Assembly (NCBI GenBank): GCA_043803945.1
Contig: JAZDJN010000095.1
Coordinates: 64,001 to 128,000 of the forward strand
Reading direction: 5' to 3'
DNA from: a bacterium
Lineage (GTDB): Bacteria; Bacteroidota; Ignavibacteria; UBA10030
DNA: 64,000 nt
The notes beneath the pieces were generated by a model. That model had not been told where the DNA came from. It saw only the letters and a list, made by a program, of their open reading frames with translations, and did not search any database. The translations under genes were made by a program, and so were the position numbers. Shown piece after piece: positions 30,065 to 38,581 of the stretch. Within the stretch, counting starts at the first letter, position 1; each line of letters starts with the position of its first letter.

Positions 30065-31252
30065 GTGAGTTCCCCACCCAAAAATATAGCAATACTAGGA
30101 TCAACAGGGTCAATAGGACAAAACAGCCTGGAGATTATTCGAAATCTTCCACACCTTTTCCGGGCTCACTACCTGACTGCAAATAAAAACATCACCCTGC
30201 TGCAAAAACAAATTGAGGAGTTTAAACCGAAAGCTGTTGTTGTTCGTGATGAACAGAATGCGGCGGTGTTGCGGAACAGAGTCGATCCCTCGCTGGAAGT
30301 ATTATCGGGCGAGGCCGGGCTGGTGGAACTTGTCGCACGCGACGATACCGAAATCGTCATAAGCGCCCTCGTCGGGTTTGCCGGATTAAAACCGACCGTC
30401 GCCGCAATTGAACACCGGAAGATCATCGCTCTGGCCAACAAAGAAACGCTTGTGGTAGCCGGAGAGCTTATGATCGCCTTGGTCAGAGAGTATCGTGTGA
30501 CAATGATTCCGGTTGACAGCGAACACAGCGCGATCTTTCAGTGCCTTGTTGGAGAAGATCGATTAAAAATTGCCAAGCTGATACTCACGGCATCGGGCGG
30601 TCCGTTTCTGAATACACCCAAAGAGGATTTTTCCTCCATTGCGCCTGAGCACGCACTCAATCACCCAAACTGGAAAATGGGGAGTAAGATTACCATCGAT
30701 TCGGCGACCCTGATGAATAAGGGTCTTGAGGTAATTGAAGCGCATTGGTTGTTTGGGCTTCCAGCGGATCAGATAGAAGTTGTTGTTCATCCTCAATCAA
30801 TTATTCATTCCATGGTTGAATTTGTCGATGGTTCGGTCAAAGCACAGCTTGGATTGCCCGATATGAAGATACCCATTCAATATGCGCTGACGTTTCCTCA
30901 TCGCCATCCCATGAACGGATCGCGGGTCGACTTTCCAAAACTTGGGTCGATGACCTTCTTTCACCCGGACAAGGATAAATTCCGCTGCCTCCAGTTAGCT
31001 TACGATGCACTGGGCCTGGGAGGAACAGCCCCGGCAGTATTGAATGCTGCAAATGAAGTTGCCGTCAATGCATTTTTGGAAAAAAAGATTTCCTTTGATA
31101 AAATTCCCGAAATCATTAATCGATCGCTTACCCACCATAAAACCATACACAATCCAGAACTGGAACACATTATAGAAACAGACCGGGCGGTTCGCCGGTT
31201 TGCAGGAACCCTTGTGGAGAATAATGCTGTTATGGGTAGGGCGGAGCGTTGA
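30065..31252 (+). CDS. dxr: 1-deoxy-D-xylulose-5-phosphate reductoisomerase
   Basis: LGSTGSIG, LANKE, PVDSEHSAIFQ, HPNWKMG.KITIDSATLMNKGLE, NAANE. Confidence 0.98.
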   Translation: MSSPPKNIAILGSTGSIGQNSLEIIRNLPHLFRAHYLTANKNITLLQKQIEEFKPKAVVVRDEQNAAVLRNRVDPSLEVLSGEAGLVELVARDDTEIVISALVGFAGLKPTVAAIEHRKIIALANKETLVVAGELMIALVREYRVTMIPVDSEHSAIFQCLVGEDRLKIAKLILTASGGPFLNTPKEDFSSIAPEHALNHPNWKMGSKITIDSATLMNKGLEVIEAHWLFGLPADQIEVVVHPQSIIHSMVEFVDGSVKAQLGLPDMKIPIQYALTFPHRHPMNGSRVDFPKLGSMTFFHPDKDKFRCLQLAYDALGLGGTAPAVLNAANEVAVNAFLEKKISFDKIPEIINRSLTHHKTIHNPELEHIIETDRAVRRFAGTLVENNAVMGRAER

Positions 31253-31287
31253 TCATCCCAATTACAATCAGGTAGGAAAAGGATTCT

Positions 31288-32601
31288 ATGGAAGTTCTAA
31301 CAAATATCTTTTACTTCGCGGTCACCATCGGAGTCCTTGTCTTTGTCCATGAGCTCGGGCATTTTCTGGCAGCGAAATTCTTTAAAATGCGTGTCGAGCG
31401 CTTCAGCGTCGGTTTTCCACCGCGCGCATTTGGCAAAACCATTGGTGATACCGATTACTGCGTTTCATGGGTTCCTATCGGCGGCTATGTGAAAATTTCA
31501 GGGATGATCGATGAGAGTTTTGACACGGAATTTGTCGGCAAACCCCCCGAGCCGTGGGAGTTTCGCTCCAAACCAATCTGGCAGCGGATGATCGTAATCT
31601 GTGCCGGTGTGGTCATGAATGTCTTGCTGGCAATTGTGATTTTCTGGGGAATTATTTTCTCTCATGGGAAGACGGTAAAGCCAATTACCGAAGTGGGATT
31701 TGTTGAACAGGGATCTCCGGCTGCCTCAGCGGGATTTCAATCCGGAGATCTGGTTCTTGCTGTTAACAGCAATCCGGTCCTTACCTGGGAAGACGTCGAT
31801 GATCTTGTCTTTAAAGAAGCGCTTTCAGGAACGCTCGCTGTCGAAGTGCAGCGGGCAGGTGCACCGGCAACAATTGCAGTGCCCGATTCATTAACGGCAG
31901 AAATATTGAAGGGCCGCCTTGGCATTTACCCGAACGGATTGCTCCCAACCGTATCGGTGGTAGAAAAGGGGAAACCGGCCGAACAGATAGGTCTTCAACC
32001 CAACGATCTCATCGAGGCGGTCAATGATCAACCGGTTGCCTATCAAAGTCTTTCGTCGACGATCAAAAAGTTTGCAAACACCGAGATTAAGCTGCGGTGG
32101 AAACGGGGCGAAGAAACGCGGGAATCGCTGGTGACACCAACGCCGGAAGGAAAAATCGGAATAGCGATTGTACCTCACTATTCAGGACCAACGCAAAAAA
32201 TTAACTACGGATTGTTCGAAGCTCTTCCGCACGGAATTACAAGCGCATGGGAGATGAGCTGGTTGAACGTAAAAAGCCTTGTGCAGATCTTTTCCGGGAG
32301 AGTTTCGTTTAAGGAATCGGTCGGCGGCCCGGTGATGATTGCACAAATGGCAACCCGCTCGGCAGAAGTCGGCATTGTGAGCTTTCTCGGTTTTGTGGCG
32401 CTGCTCAGTATGAATCTGGCCTTTTTAAACCTTCTTCCCTTCCCGGCGTTGGATGGAGGGCACTTTATGTTTCTCCTCGTCGAGGGGGTTTTCCGCCGGG
32501 AGATTCCGGTAAAGATAAAAATTGCCATTCAACAAGTGGGGGTCGTACTGTTGCTTGTTTTTATGGCGTTCGTTCTGTATAATGACATTATCAAGTTCTA
32601 A
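31288..32601 (+). CDS. rseP: RIP metalloprotease RseP
   Basis: HELGH, PIGGYV, two PDZ domains, NLLPFPALDGGH. Confidence 0.96.
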   Translation: MEVLTNIFYFAVTIGVLVFVHELGHFLAAKFFKMRVERFSVGFPPRAFGKTIGDTDYCVSWVPIGGYVKISGMIDESFDTEFVGKPPEPWEFRSKPIWQRMIVICAGVVMNVLLAIVIFWGIIFSHGKTVKPITEVGFVEQGSPAASAGFQSGDLVLAVNSNPVLTWEDVDDLVFKEALSGTLAVEVQRAGAPATIAVPDSLTAEILKGRLGIYPNGLLPTVSVVEKGKPAEQIGLQPNDLIEAVNDQPVAYQSLSSTIKKFANTEIKLRWKRGEETRESLVTPTPEGKIGIAIVPHYSGPTQKINYGLFEALPHGITSAWEMSWLNVKSLVQIFSGRVSFKESVGGPVMIAQMATRSAEVGIVSFLGFVALLSMNLAFLNLLPFPALDGGHFMFLLVEGVFRREIPVKIKIAIQQVGVVLLLVFMAFVLYNDIIKF

Positions 32602-32706
32602 TCCTGGGGGTTGCCTGTGTGATTGAAGTCACCTCTATTCTGCCACGGAAACGATAGTTTGAAAGCATAATAAACGTCCTATACTCTCATTAATAAGGAG
32701 GTCGCC

Positions 32707-33846
32707 GTGATGAACTCATTGCGCAAACTTATGCATGGCTCTGCGCTTCTCCTTGGCGCAGTATTGTGCATGCTATGTTTTGGCGCGGTTGCTCCAACGG
32801 TTGCTGTAGCACAAGCTCAAGTGACGATGACCATGAACTTGCCGGCATATGATTTTATCTGGCTTGCCGACTTCATCGACTTTGCCAGCAACAAATTAAA
32901 ATCAACCGCACCCAATATTTTTCTCAACATTCAACCAACTGCAAAACTCAGAATGTATCTGGTGTTTAAAGTTGACGTAGACTTAAAAAGTGTTGGTAAA
33001 GGTACGGTGGCGACAGCAACACTTGAAGAATTTGACGTTCCAGCGGGAGGGAAAACGCTCTCTGCGAATGATTTTTCTGCACTTGGCACCGGCGGTATTG
33101 GTGTACGATTCAGCGAAGAGGACAAAGATTTGCGGAAAAAGATTGAGGATTATGCCACAAATCTCGCGACAGCTCCCGTCGGTTCTTACACTGTAAACGT
33201 GTGGGCATATTTGGGAGGAGACAACTTTGCCAAAACGAAACCCCTGGGCAGCACAAGCACAACGATTAACATTACCAACACCTCTGCTGGCGAAGTGAAC
33301 GTTTCGTTAACGTCACCGGAAAACGGTGAGAATGTTCCGAATCTCTACCCAACAGTCTCCTGGACATCGGAAAAACCGAATGTCATACTCGAGATGTACA
33401 GAATGCGCCTTGCCGATAGAAATCCGCAGGATGCGATTAACGGCGGCGACGTGCTGTTGAAAAAAGAGTTATCCGGAGTACAATCATTTACTTACCCAAC
33501 CGATGCACCCCGCCGTCTTGCACAAAACGACCGGGTTGCCTGGAGGGTCTTGGTAAAGGTTCAGTCAAACCGGGCAATCGAGGAAAAAACAAGTGAAGCG
33601 CGTTTCTTCCGTATAAAGATTGAAGATCCCATTGCCCAAATACTCTCGAACTTCTTCTCCAATTTGGGCGGGAACGCTGCCGGTACCTGGTCGACGCTTG
33701 AAACAGCGGGGTGGACAAATACCGGCACCGTCACGGTCGATGGGCGAACAATGACGGCACAGGAGTTTCAGGCATACCTAACACAATTAAGTCAAAAGAT
33801 CACCCAACAAGGTCTTACACCCGTTCTTCGGGTTGAATCTCAATAA
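32707..33846 (+). CDS. Exported hypothetical protein, beta-rich / FN3-like
   Basis: SD AAGGAGG; signal peptide ending AQA; LTSPENG...PTVSW...SFTYP...AWRV pattern. Confidence 0.75.
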   Translation: MMNSLRKLMHGSALLLGAVLCMLCFGAVAPTVAVAQAQVTMTMNLPAYDFIWLADFIDFASNKLKSTAPNIFLNIQPTAKLRMYLVFKVDVDLKSVGKGTVATATLEEFDVPAGGKTLSANDFSALGTGGIGVRFSEEDKDLRKKIEDYATNLATAPVGSYTVNVWAYLGGDNFAKTKPLGSTSTTINITNTSAGEVNVSLTSPENGENVPNLYPTVSWTSEKPNVILEMYRMRLADRNPQDAINGGDVLLKKELSGVQSFTYPTDAPRRLAQNDRVAWRVLVKVQSNRAIEEKTSEARFFRIKIEDPIAQILSNFFSNLGGNAAGTWSTLETAGWTNTGTVTVDGRTMTAQEFQAYLTQLSQKITQQGLTPVLRVESQ

Positions 33847-33864
33847 TTTTAGGAGAACACAATC

Positions 33865-35844
33865 ATGAGAAAAAGATCGTTCTTCCCCCTGCTTGTGATC
33901 ATTCTTGCGAGCCTTGTTGGAGGATTGTCGTGGAGGGTTCCGCAGGACAAGAAGGATGTGCAGGCATTTGTGATGAAGGTTGTGAACGATGTTCAGAAAA
34001 AAGCACCAACGAGCGGATGGCAGAAAACCATTATGCTCGATGGATTAAAGTCCGGGTATGAAATTCGGACGGAACCGAAATCCCTTGCCATTATTAAATT
34101 TGTCGACGACACGAAGCTGGTTGTCCGGGAAAAGTCAATCGTCATGATTCAGGGCGAAGCGCTTGGGAAGGAAATTCTCAACCGAAACGTTCACATGACC
34201 CGCGGTAAAATTGGCTTCGAAGTGAAAAAAGGAGAGAAGGAACAATTTCGATTCTCCTCGCCAATTTCCGTTGCTTCTATTCGTGGAACCGACGGGGACT
34301 TTAATGTCGCCGATGACAGCGTTGATGTGTTGGTCATCAAAGTTGGGCTGGCAACACATACTAATTTGCTCTCGAACAAGTCAAACGATGTGGGTGCAGG
34401 CCAGACCAGTATCACCGATGGCAAGGGCAACCTGAATGTGCGCGGCACAGTACCCGGCGACCTCGGTAAAGACGATGACGATAAAACAACGACAACAACA
34501 ACGACGGTAACAGTTCTCGGAACAACAGCGTTCGATCCGCCGCCCTCAGTAGGTGTTGCGACAACGTTAAAGCTTGACCTTGGACAAACAGCGGCAAATA
34601 TCAACAGCGTTACACTGTACTATCGGATGGAAGGTGCTTCAGACTGGACTTCGCTGGCGATGCAGTTAGCAGAAAAGGTTGCATCCGCCACAATCCCTGG
34701 AACCGGTATCCGGGCGGGAAAACTTCAGTATTACTTTTCAGTGAATCATTCAGACAATAAAAGCGCCATGCTTCCTATGGACGGCCCTGCCGCCGCCGTC
34801 TCGGTTGATGTTATCGTTCCCGTGATGACAACGGGCGACGTTAAAATAGAGGCAACCCCCATCATTACCCCCTCTCCTCTTGCAGCGTTAACTACTGCCT
34901 CGGTGAAACTTGATCTTAGTTCAGTGCAGCAGGATATTGATGGTGTCAAGCTCTTCTATCGCAAAGCGGGCGCTGGCAGCTTTACAGTATCGGAAATAAA
35001 GCCCCTCTCCAGTAAAGTACTCACATGGACAATACCGGCTGCTTCGGTGTTTCCGCCTCAAATTGAGTACTACTTCGCCATCAAGGTAAAGAATGTAATA
35101 AACGAAGTTTTACTGCCGACCGACGGTGTGTCAAATCCAAAAACCTCTACCGTATCCCCAATTCAAATCAACTTTGAATTGGCACGGTTGACAGCATACT
35201 CGAAAATTACAGCAGGACTGGGCCTCTCCACAATTCAAGCGCCGATTGGATCGGTGAGCATTTATACTCGATCTGGTGATCAACCAACATTCAAACAAAC
35301 GCTGATGACGGTTTCAGGTTCAATTGCATCGTTTACACTTCCCGGGATTCTTGTTCGTCCACCGCGGCTCGATTATTATCTCGCATTGCGGCTCGCGGAT
35401 GGAACAGAATTATTATTCCCTTCCGGGGGAGAATCGGCACCGCGTGGAGTTGGTGTTACTTCACTGGTTTTAACGCCAACGTTCGGCGTGCTGCAATCGG
35501 GTAGCCCGGGCGCAGCTCGCCTCGACCTTGGAAAAGTTGATGCAGACATCCAATCGGTGACAATGTATCACCGAAAGGACAACGATGCCACATTCAAGCA
35601 AGTCCAGATGACGCTATCGGGCAAGACAGCAACCGCCCAGATTGAGGGTGCGGATGTCAAGTTCCCATTCCTGGTGACATATTTTGTTGCTCGTTTGGCA
35701 GATGGATCGGAATTGCTTGTTCCTGAAAATGGCACAACGGCACCAAGGAAAGACCCCGTGACGCCGGTGAAATCCGTTGTCAGGGTTGAAGGCGAGGATA
35801 AGGACGGCAACAGACGCATCATCTATATTGAAATAGATCAATAA
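33865..35844 (+). CDS. FecR-domain protein with four Ig-like repeats
   Basis: N-terminal TM/signal; FecR motifs IRT..S.A.I.F.DDT, SPISVASIRGT; poly-Thr linker; four ~95-aa repeats. Confidence 0.8.
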   Translation: MRKRSFFPLLVIILASLVGGLSWRVPQDKKDVQAFVMKVVNDVQKKAPTSGWQKTIMLDGLKSGYEIRTEPKSLAIIKFVDDTKLVVREKSIVMIQGEALGKEILNRNVHMTRGKIGFEVKKGEKEQFRFSSPISVASIRGTDGDFNVADDSVDVLVIKVGLATHTNLLSNKSNDVGAGQTSITDGKGNLNVRGTVPGDLGKDDDDKTTTTTTTVTVLGTTAFDPPPSVGVATTLKLDLGQTAANINSVTLYYRMEGASDWTSLAMQLAEKVASATIPGTGIRAGKLQYYFSVNHSDNKSAMLPMDGPAAAVSVDVIVPVMTTGDVKIEATPIITPSPLAALTTASVKLDLSSVQQDIDGVKLFYRKAGAGSFTVSEIKPLSSKVLTWTIPAASVFPPQIEYYFAIKVKNVINEVLLPTDGVSNPKTSTVSPIQINFELARLTAYSKITAGLGLSTIQAPIGSVSIYTRSGDQPTFKQTLMTVSGSIASFTLPGILVRPPRLDYYLALRLADGTELLFPSGGESAPRGVGVTSLVLTPTFGVLQSGSPGAARLDLGKVDADIQSVTMYHRKDNDATFKQVQMTLSGKTATAQIEGADVKFPFLVTYFVARLADGSELLVPENGTTAPRKDPVTPVKSVVRVEGEDKDGNRRIIYIEIDQ

Positions 35845-35920
35845 GCGATAGTAGAGTAGACAGCGATTCCCAGACATGTCTAAATATCGATCGCGAAGAC
35901 AACAGTACAGTATTGTTAGC

Positions 35921-35961
35921 ACTGGAAAAAGGCGGGAAGCGTCACATCCGCTTTTTCCGGT
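35921..35961 (+). terminator. Terminator-like stem-loop after the FecR gene
   Basis: CTGGAAAAAGGCGG...CCGCTTTTTCCGG. Confidence 0.6.
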
Positions 35962-36027
35962 GTTCTATACCGAGGTACCAAACTTCCTAAACGCCAATTC
36001 ATTCTCAAAACCTTGAAGGGGATTTCT

Positions 36028-38466
36028 ATGAAAGCTTGCAAGGTCTTATTGATTATCCTTGCGTTCACATTGATGGTGAGCAACCTCGATGCACAGGTGA
36101 CTTCTATTGTTGCTCGTGTCAATGTTCAGCAGGGAACGGAGAGACAACCAGTACCGGTATCAGTTGAGTTTACTCAGGCAACCGGAATCTCGCAGGTTAT
36201 GCTTCGCTACCGCCGGTTCGGTGAGAGCGAATTTAAAGAGGTGGAAATGCTGCTTGCCGGCCGGACTGCAACAGGAAGCATTCCGCCTGAAGTTGTTGCG
36301 CCACCCTATGTTGAGTACTATGTTTTTGCAAACCTCGGCGGAGGAAAGACAGAAACCTATCCTCTCGAGAATGCCGAAGTCACCCCGATGAAAGTTCCTG
36401 TGCAGGGTGTGAATCCCAAGGATCTTGAAGTTCGCATTCTCAGCCCCGAAAAAGGGGAGACCATAAGCTTCGAAGATCTTGCTGTTGCGATCTCGCTCTT
36501 CTATGCTTCGGACGATGTGAACAAGAAGGGAACCCGTATCTATATCGATGGCAGCGAGGTTTCATCGCAAGCGGTATTTGCCGACGACATCATTACCTAT
36601 GCACCCCAGAATTTTTCGCAGCAGTTAAACCTGGGACTTCATTTTATTAAAATCGAGCTTCGCGATAAAACAGGGGCCGTCTATCATTCCATTGAATCCA
36701 GCTTTAATCTCTCAACCGCGGCAGCCATTGAGGCAGAAGTATCACGGCTGCATGCCGGCGTCGATGGACAATTGGAGTATCGGAACGAAAACATTTCTTC
36801 AGTGAAGACAACCTATACGCGCGGTGAAATGCGCCTGAACGGAACGTATAAATCACTGCGGTTCGGATCAAATGTCAATGTCACGAACGAGGAAAAACCC
36901 GAACGTCAGCCGCAGAACAGATTGATGGGATGGGCGGAAACAGACTTCCTCCGGCTCGAAGTGGGAGATTCCTACCCCAGGCTTCCAAGCCTCATCGTCA
37001 GCGGCAAACGCGTCCGGGGCCTCTCGGCAAGCCTGATGCTTGGCTTCTTCAACGTTGATGTAACCTATGGCAAAACCGTACGCCCTATTGAAGGACTGCG
37101 ATTAAAGGACACAACCTATCTTGATGCTTCGGCAGTGTCTTCCCGGCCAACGAACACGCTGCAGATTGCAGGATTGAAATATGAGGAGTTTACGCCGGGA
37201 TCGTACGGGCGGGATTTCTTTGCCGTCCGACCCAGTTTCGGTTCGGGGGAAAATTTCCAGCTCGGCGTAACGTTCATGAAAGCGAAGGATGACATTGGTT
37301 CGATTAAACGGGGGATTTTCCCTCAGGAAAATCTTGTTGCCGGATCGGACCTTGTGATCGCTTTTGATGATCAGCGATTTAAACTTGAGGGCCAAACCTC
37401 TCTCAGTATTGTGAACACAAATATTAAAGAGGGCAGCTTTACGCAGGCACAGCTCGATTCCGTGCGTGCCCGCGATCCACAGCAGGCAAAAGACCTTGAG
37501 GACATTAAAAAACTTGCAGAGCAATTCATTACGATTAATGAAAATGTTTTTCCATCCAATCCCGCCGGCGAGGGCTTGCCCTCCATGTCGTATGAAGGCG
37601 TTCTAACCTTGAACTATTTGAACAATTACATCCGCGCGAATCTTTTCCACCGCGGCAGTGCCTACTTGTCGTTCGGCAACGAGTTTCTCCAAACCGACAT
37701 CGAAGGACTGAACGTGTCCGACCGGATTCGTCTCTTCCAGAACAAACTGCTGCTGAGCCTCTCCTACGAGAAGAAGAACGATAACACGGGAAATAAAAAG
37801 CCGGTGACAACAGACTTCTCAACGATAAATTCGTCCGCCACAATATTCCCGGCGGTTAATTGGCCTTCGTTTACCGTTGGTTACGGTACGAATACCCGCA
37901 AGAATAACGCCAACATAAGCGATCCCGGCCAGCGGCTGCTGGTTGCAGACGACGAGATCAGCAGAATCTTCGTCCAATCGAATTATGATTTCACGCTGGG
38001 GGCACGCAACAATCTTTCTCTTTCTCTGAATATGGCAGACAAGAAAGACAAGACCTTCTTCAAGCGGGATCAAACCAACAATAATATCTCTGCTTCACTG
38101 AGTTCGATTTACGCGATTCCATTACAGACAACAATAAGCTTTACCCAGAGCAGCAACGAAAGCCAGGCGATGCTGAAGTCACTCTCTGGCGCAGACTCGC
38201 TGGCGAAGGCTGCCTTCGGGTATACCTCGGTTGCTGTCAATGCGCAGTATCGCGTGCTCAATGAACGGCTGCGGATTGCCCTTACCGCGGCACCATCGTT
38301 CGGCGATCTGAAACGAACACTCGTTCAGCTTGGCCTCGACTTCACGGTGAACGAACATCACAACCTCATCTTCCAGGTCGATTACATTAAGAACAGCTCA
38401 ACAATCAGCACGATCAAGCTTGAAGATGATATGATCACCAGTCTCGTCTATCGGTTTAATTTCTAG
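36028..38466 (+). CDS. Putative outer-membrane beta-barrel protein with N-terminal Ig-like domains
   Basis: Signal peptide; alternating amphipathic strands; C-terminal LVYRFNF BAM-type signal. Confidence 0.75.
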   Translation: MKACKVLLIILAFTLMVSNLDAQVTSIVARVNVQQGTERQPVPVSVEFTQATGISQVMLRYRRFGESEFKEVEMLLAGRTATGSIPPEVVAPPYVEYYVFANLGGGKTETYPLENAEVTPMKVPVQGVNPKDLEVRILSPEKGETISFEDLAVAISLFYASDDVNKKGTRIYIDGSEVSSQAVFADDIITYAPQNFSQQLNLGLHFIKIELRDKTGAVYHSIESSFNLSTAAAIEAEVSRLHAGVDGQLEYRNENISSVKTTYTRGEMRLNGTYKSLRFGSNVNVTNEEKPERQPQNRLMGWAETDFLRLEVGDSYPRLPSLIVSGKRVRGLSASLMLGFFNVDVTYGKTVRPIEGLRLKDTTYLDASAVSSRPTNTLQIAGLKYEEFTPGSYGRDFFAVRPSFGSGENFQLGVTFMKAKDDIGSIKRGIFPQENLVAGSDLVIAFDDQRFKLEGQTSLSIVNTNIKEGSFTQAQLDSVRARDPQQAKDLEDIKKLAEQFITINENVFPSNPAGEGLPSMSYEGVLTLNYLNNYIRANLFHRGSAYLSFGNEFLQTDIEGLNVSDRIRLFQNKLLLSLSYEKKNDNTGNKKPVTTDFSTINSSATIFPAVNWPSFTVGYGTNTRKNNANISDPGQRLLVADDEISRIFVQSNYDFTLGARNNLSLSLNMADKKDKTFFKRDQTNNNISASLSSIYAIPLQTTISFTQSSNESQAMLKSLSGADSLAKAAFGYTSVAVNAQYRVLNERLRIALTAAPSFGDLKRTLVQLGLDFTVNEHHNLIFQVDYIKNSSTISTIKLEDDMITSLVYRFNF

Positions 38467-38485
38467 GGGAGAACAGGAAATGAAC

Positions 38486-38520
38486 AACGGGTTCCACCGA
38501 GCTTCACGGTGGAACTCGTT
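38486..38520 (+). terminator. Stem-loop between the barrel and cyclase genes
   Basis: AACGGGTTCCACCG-AGCTTCA-CGGTGGAACTCGTT. Confidence 0.6.
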
Positions 38521-38581
38521 ATGTTCTCTTCATCCCGTCAACAGCCTCACAATGCCTCGAATAACGAAGAGGATCTAACCT

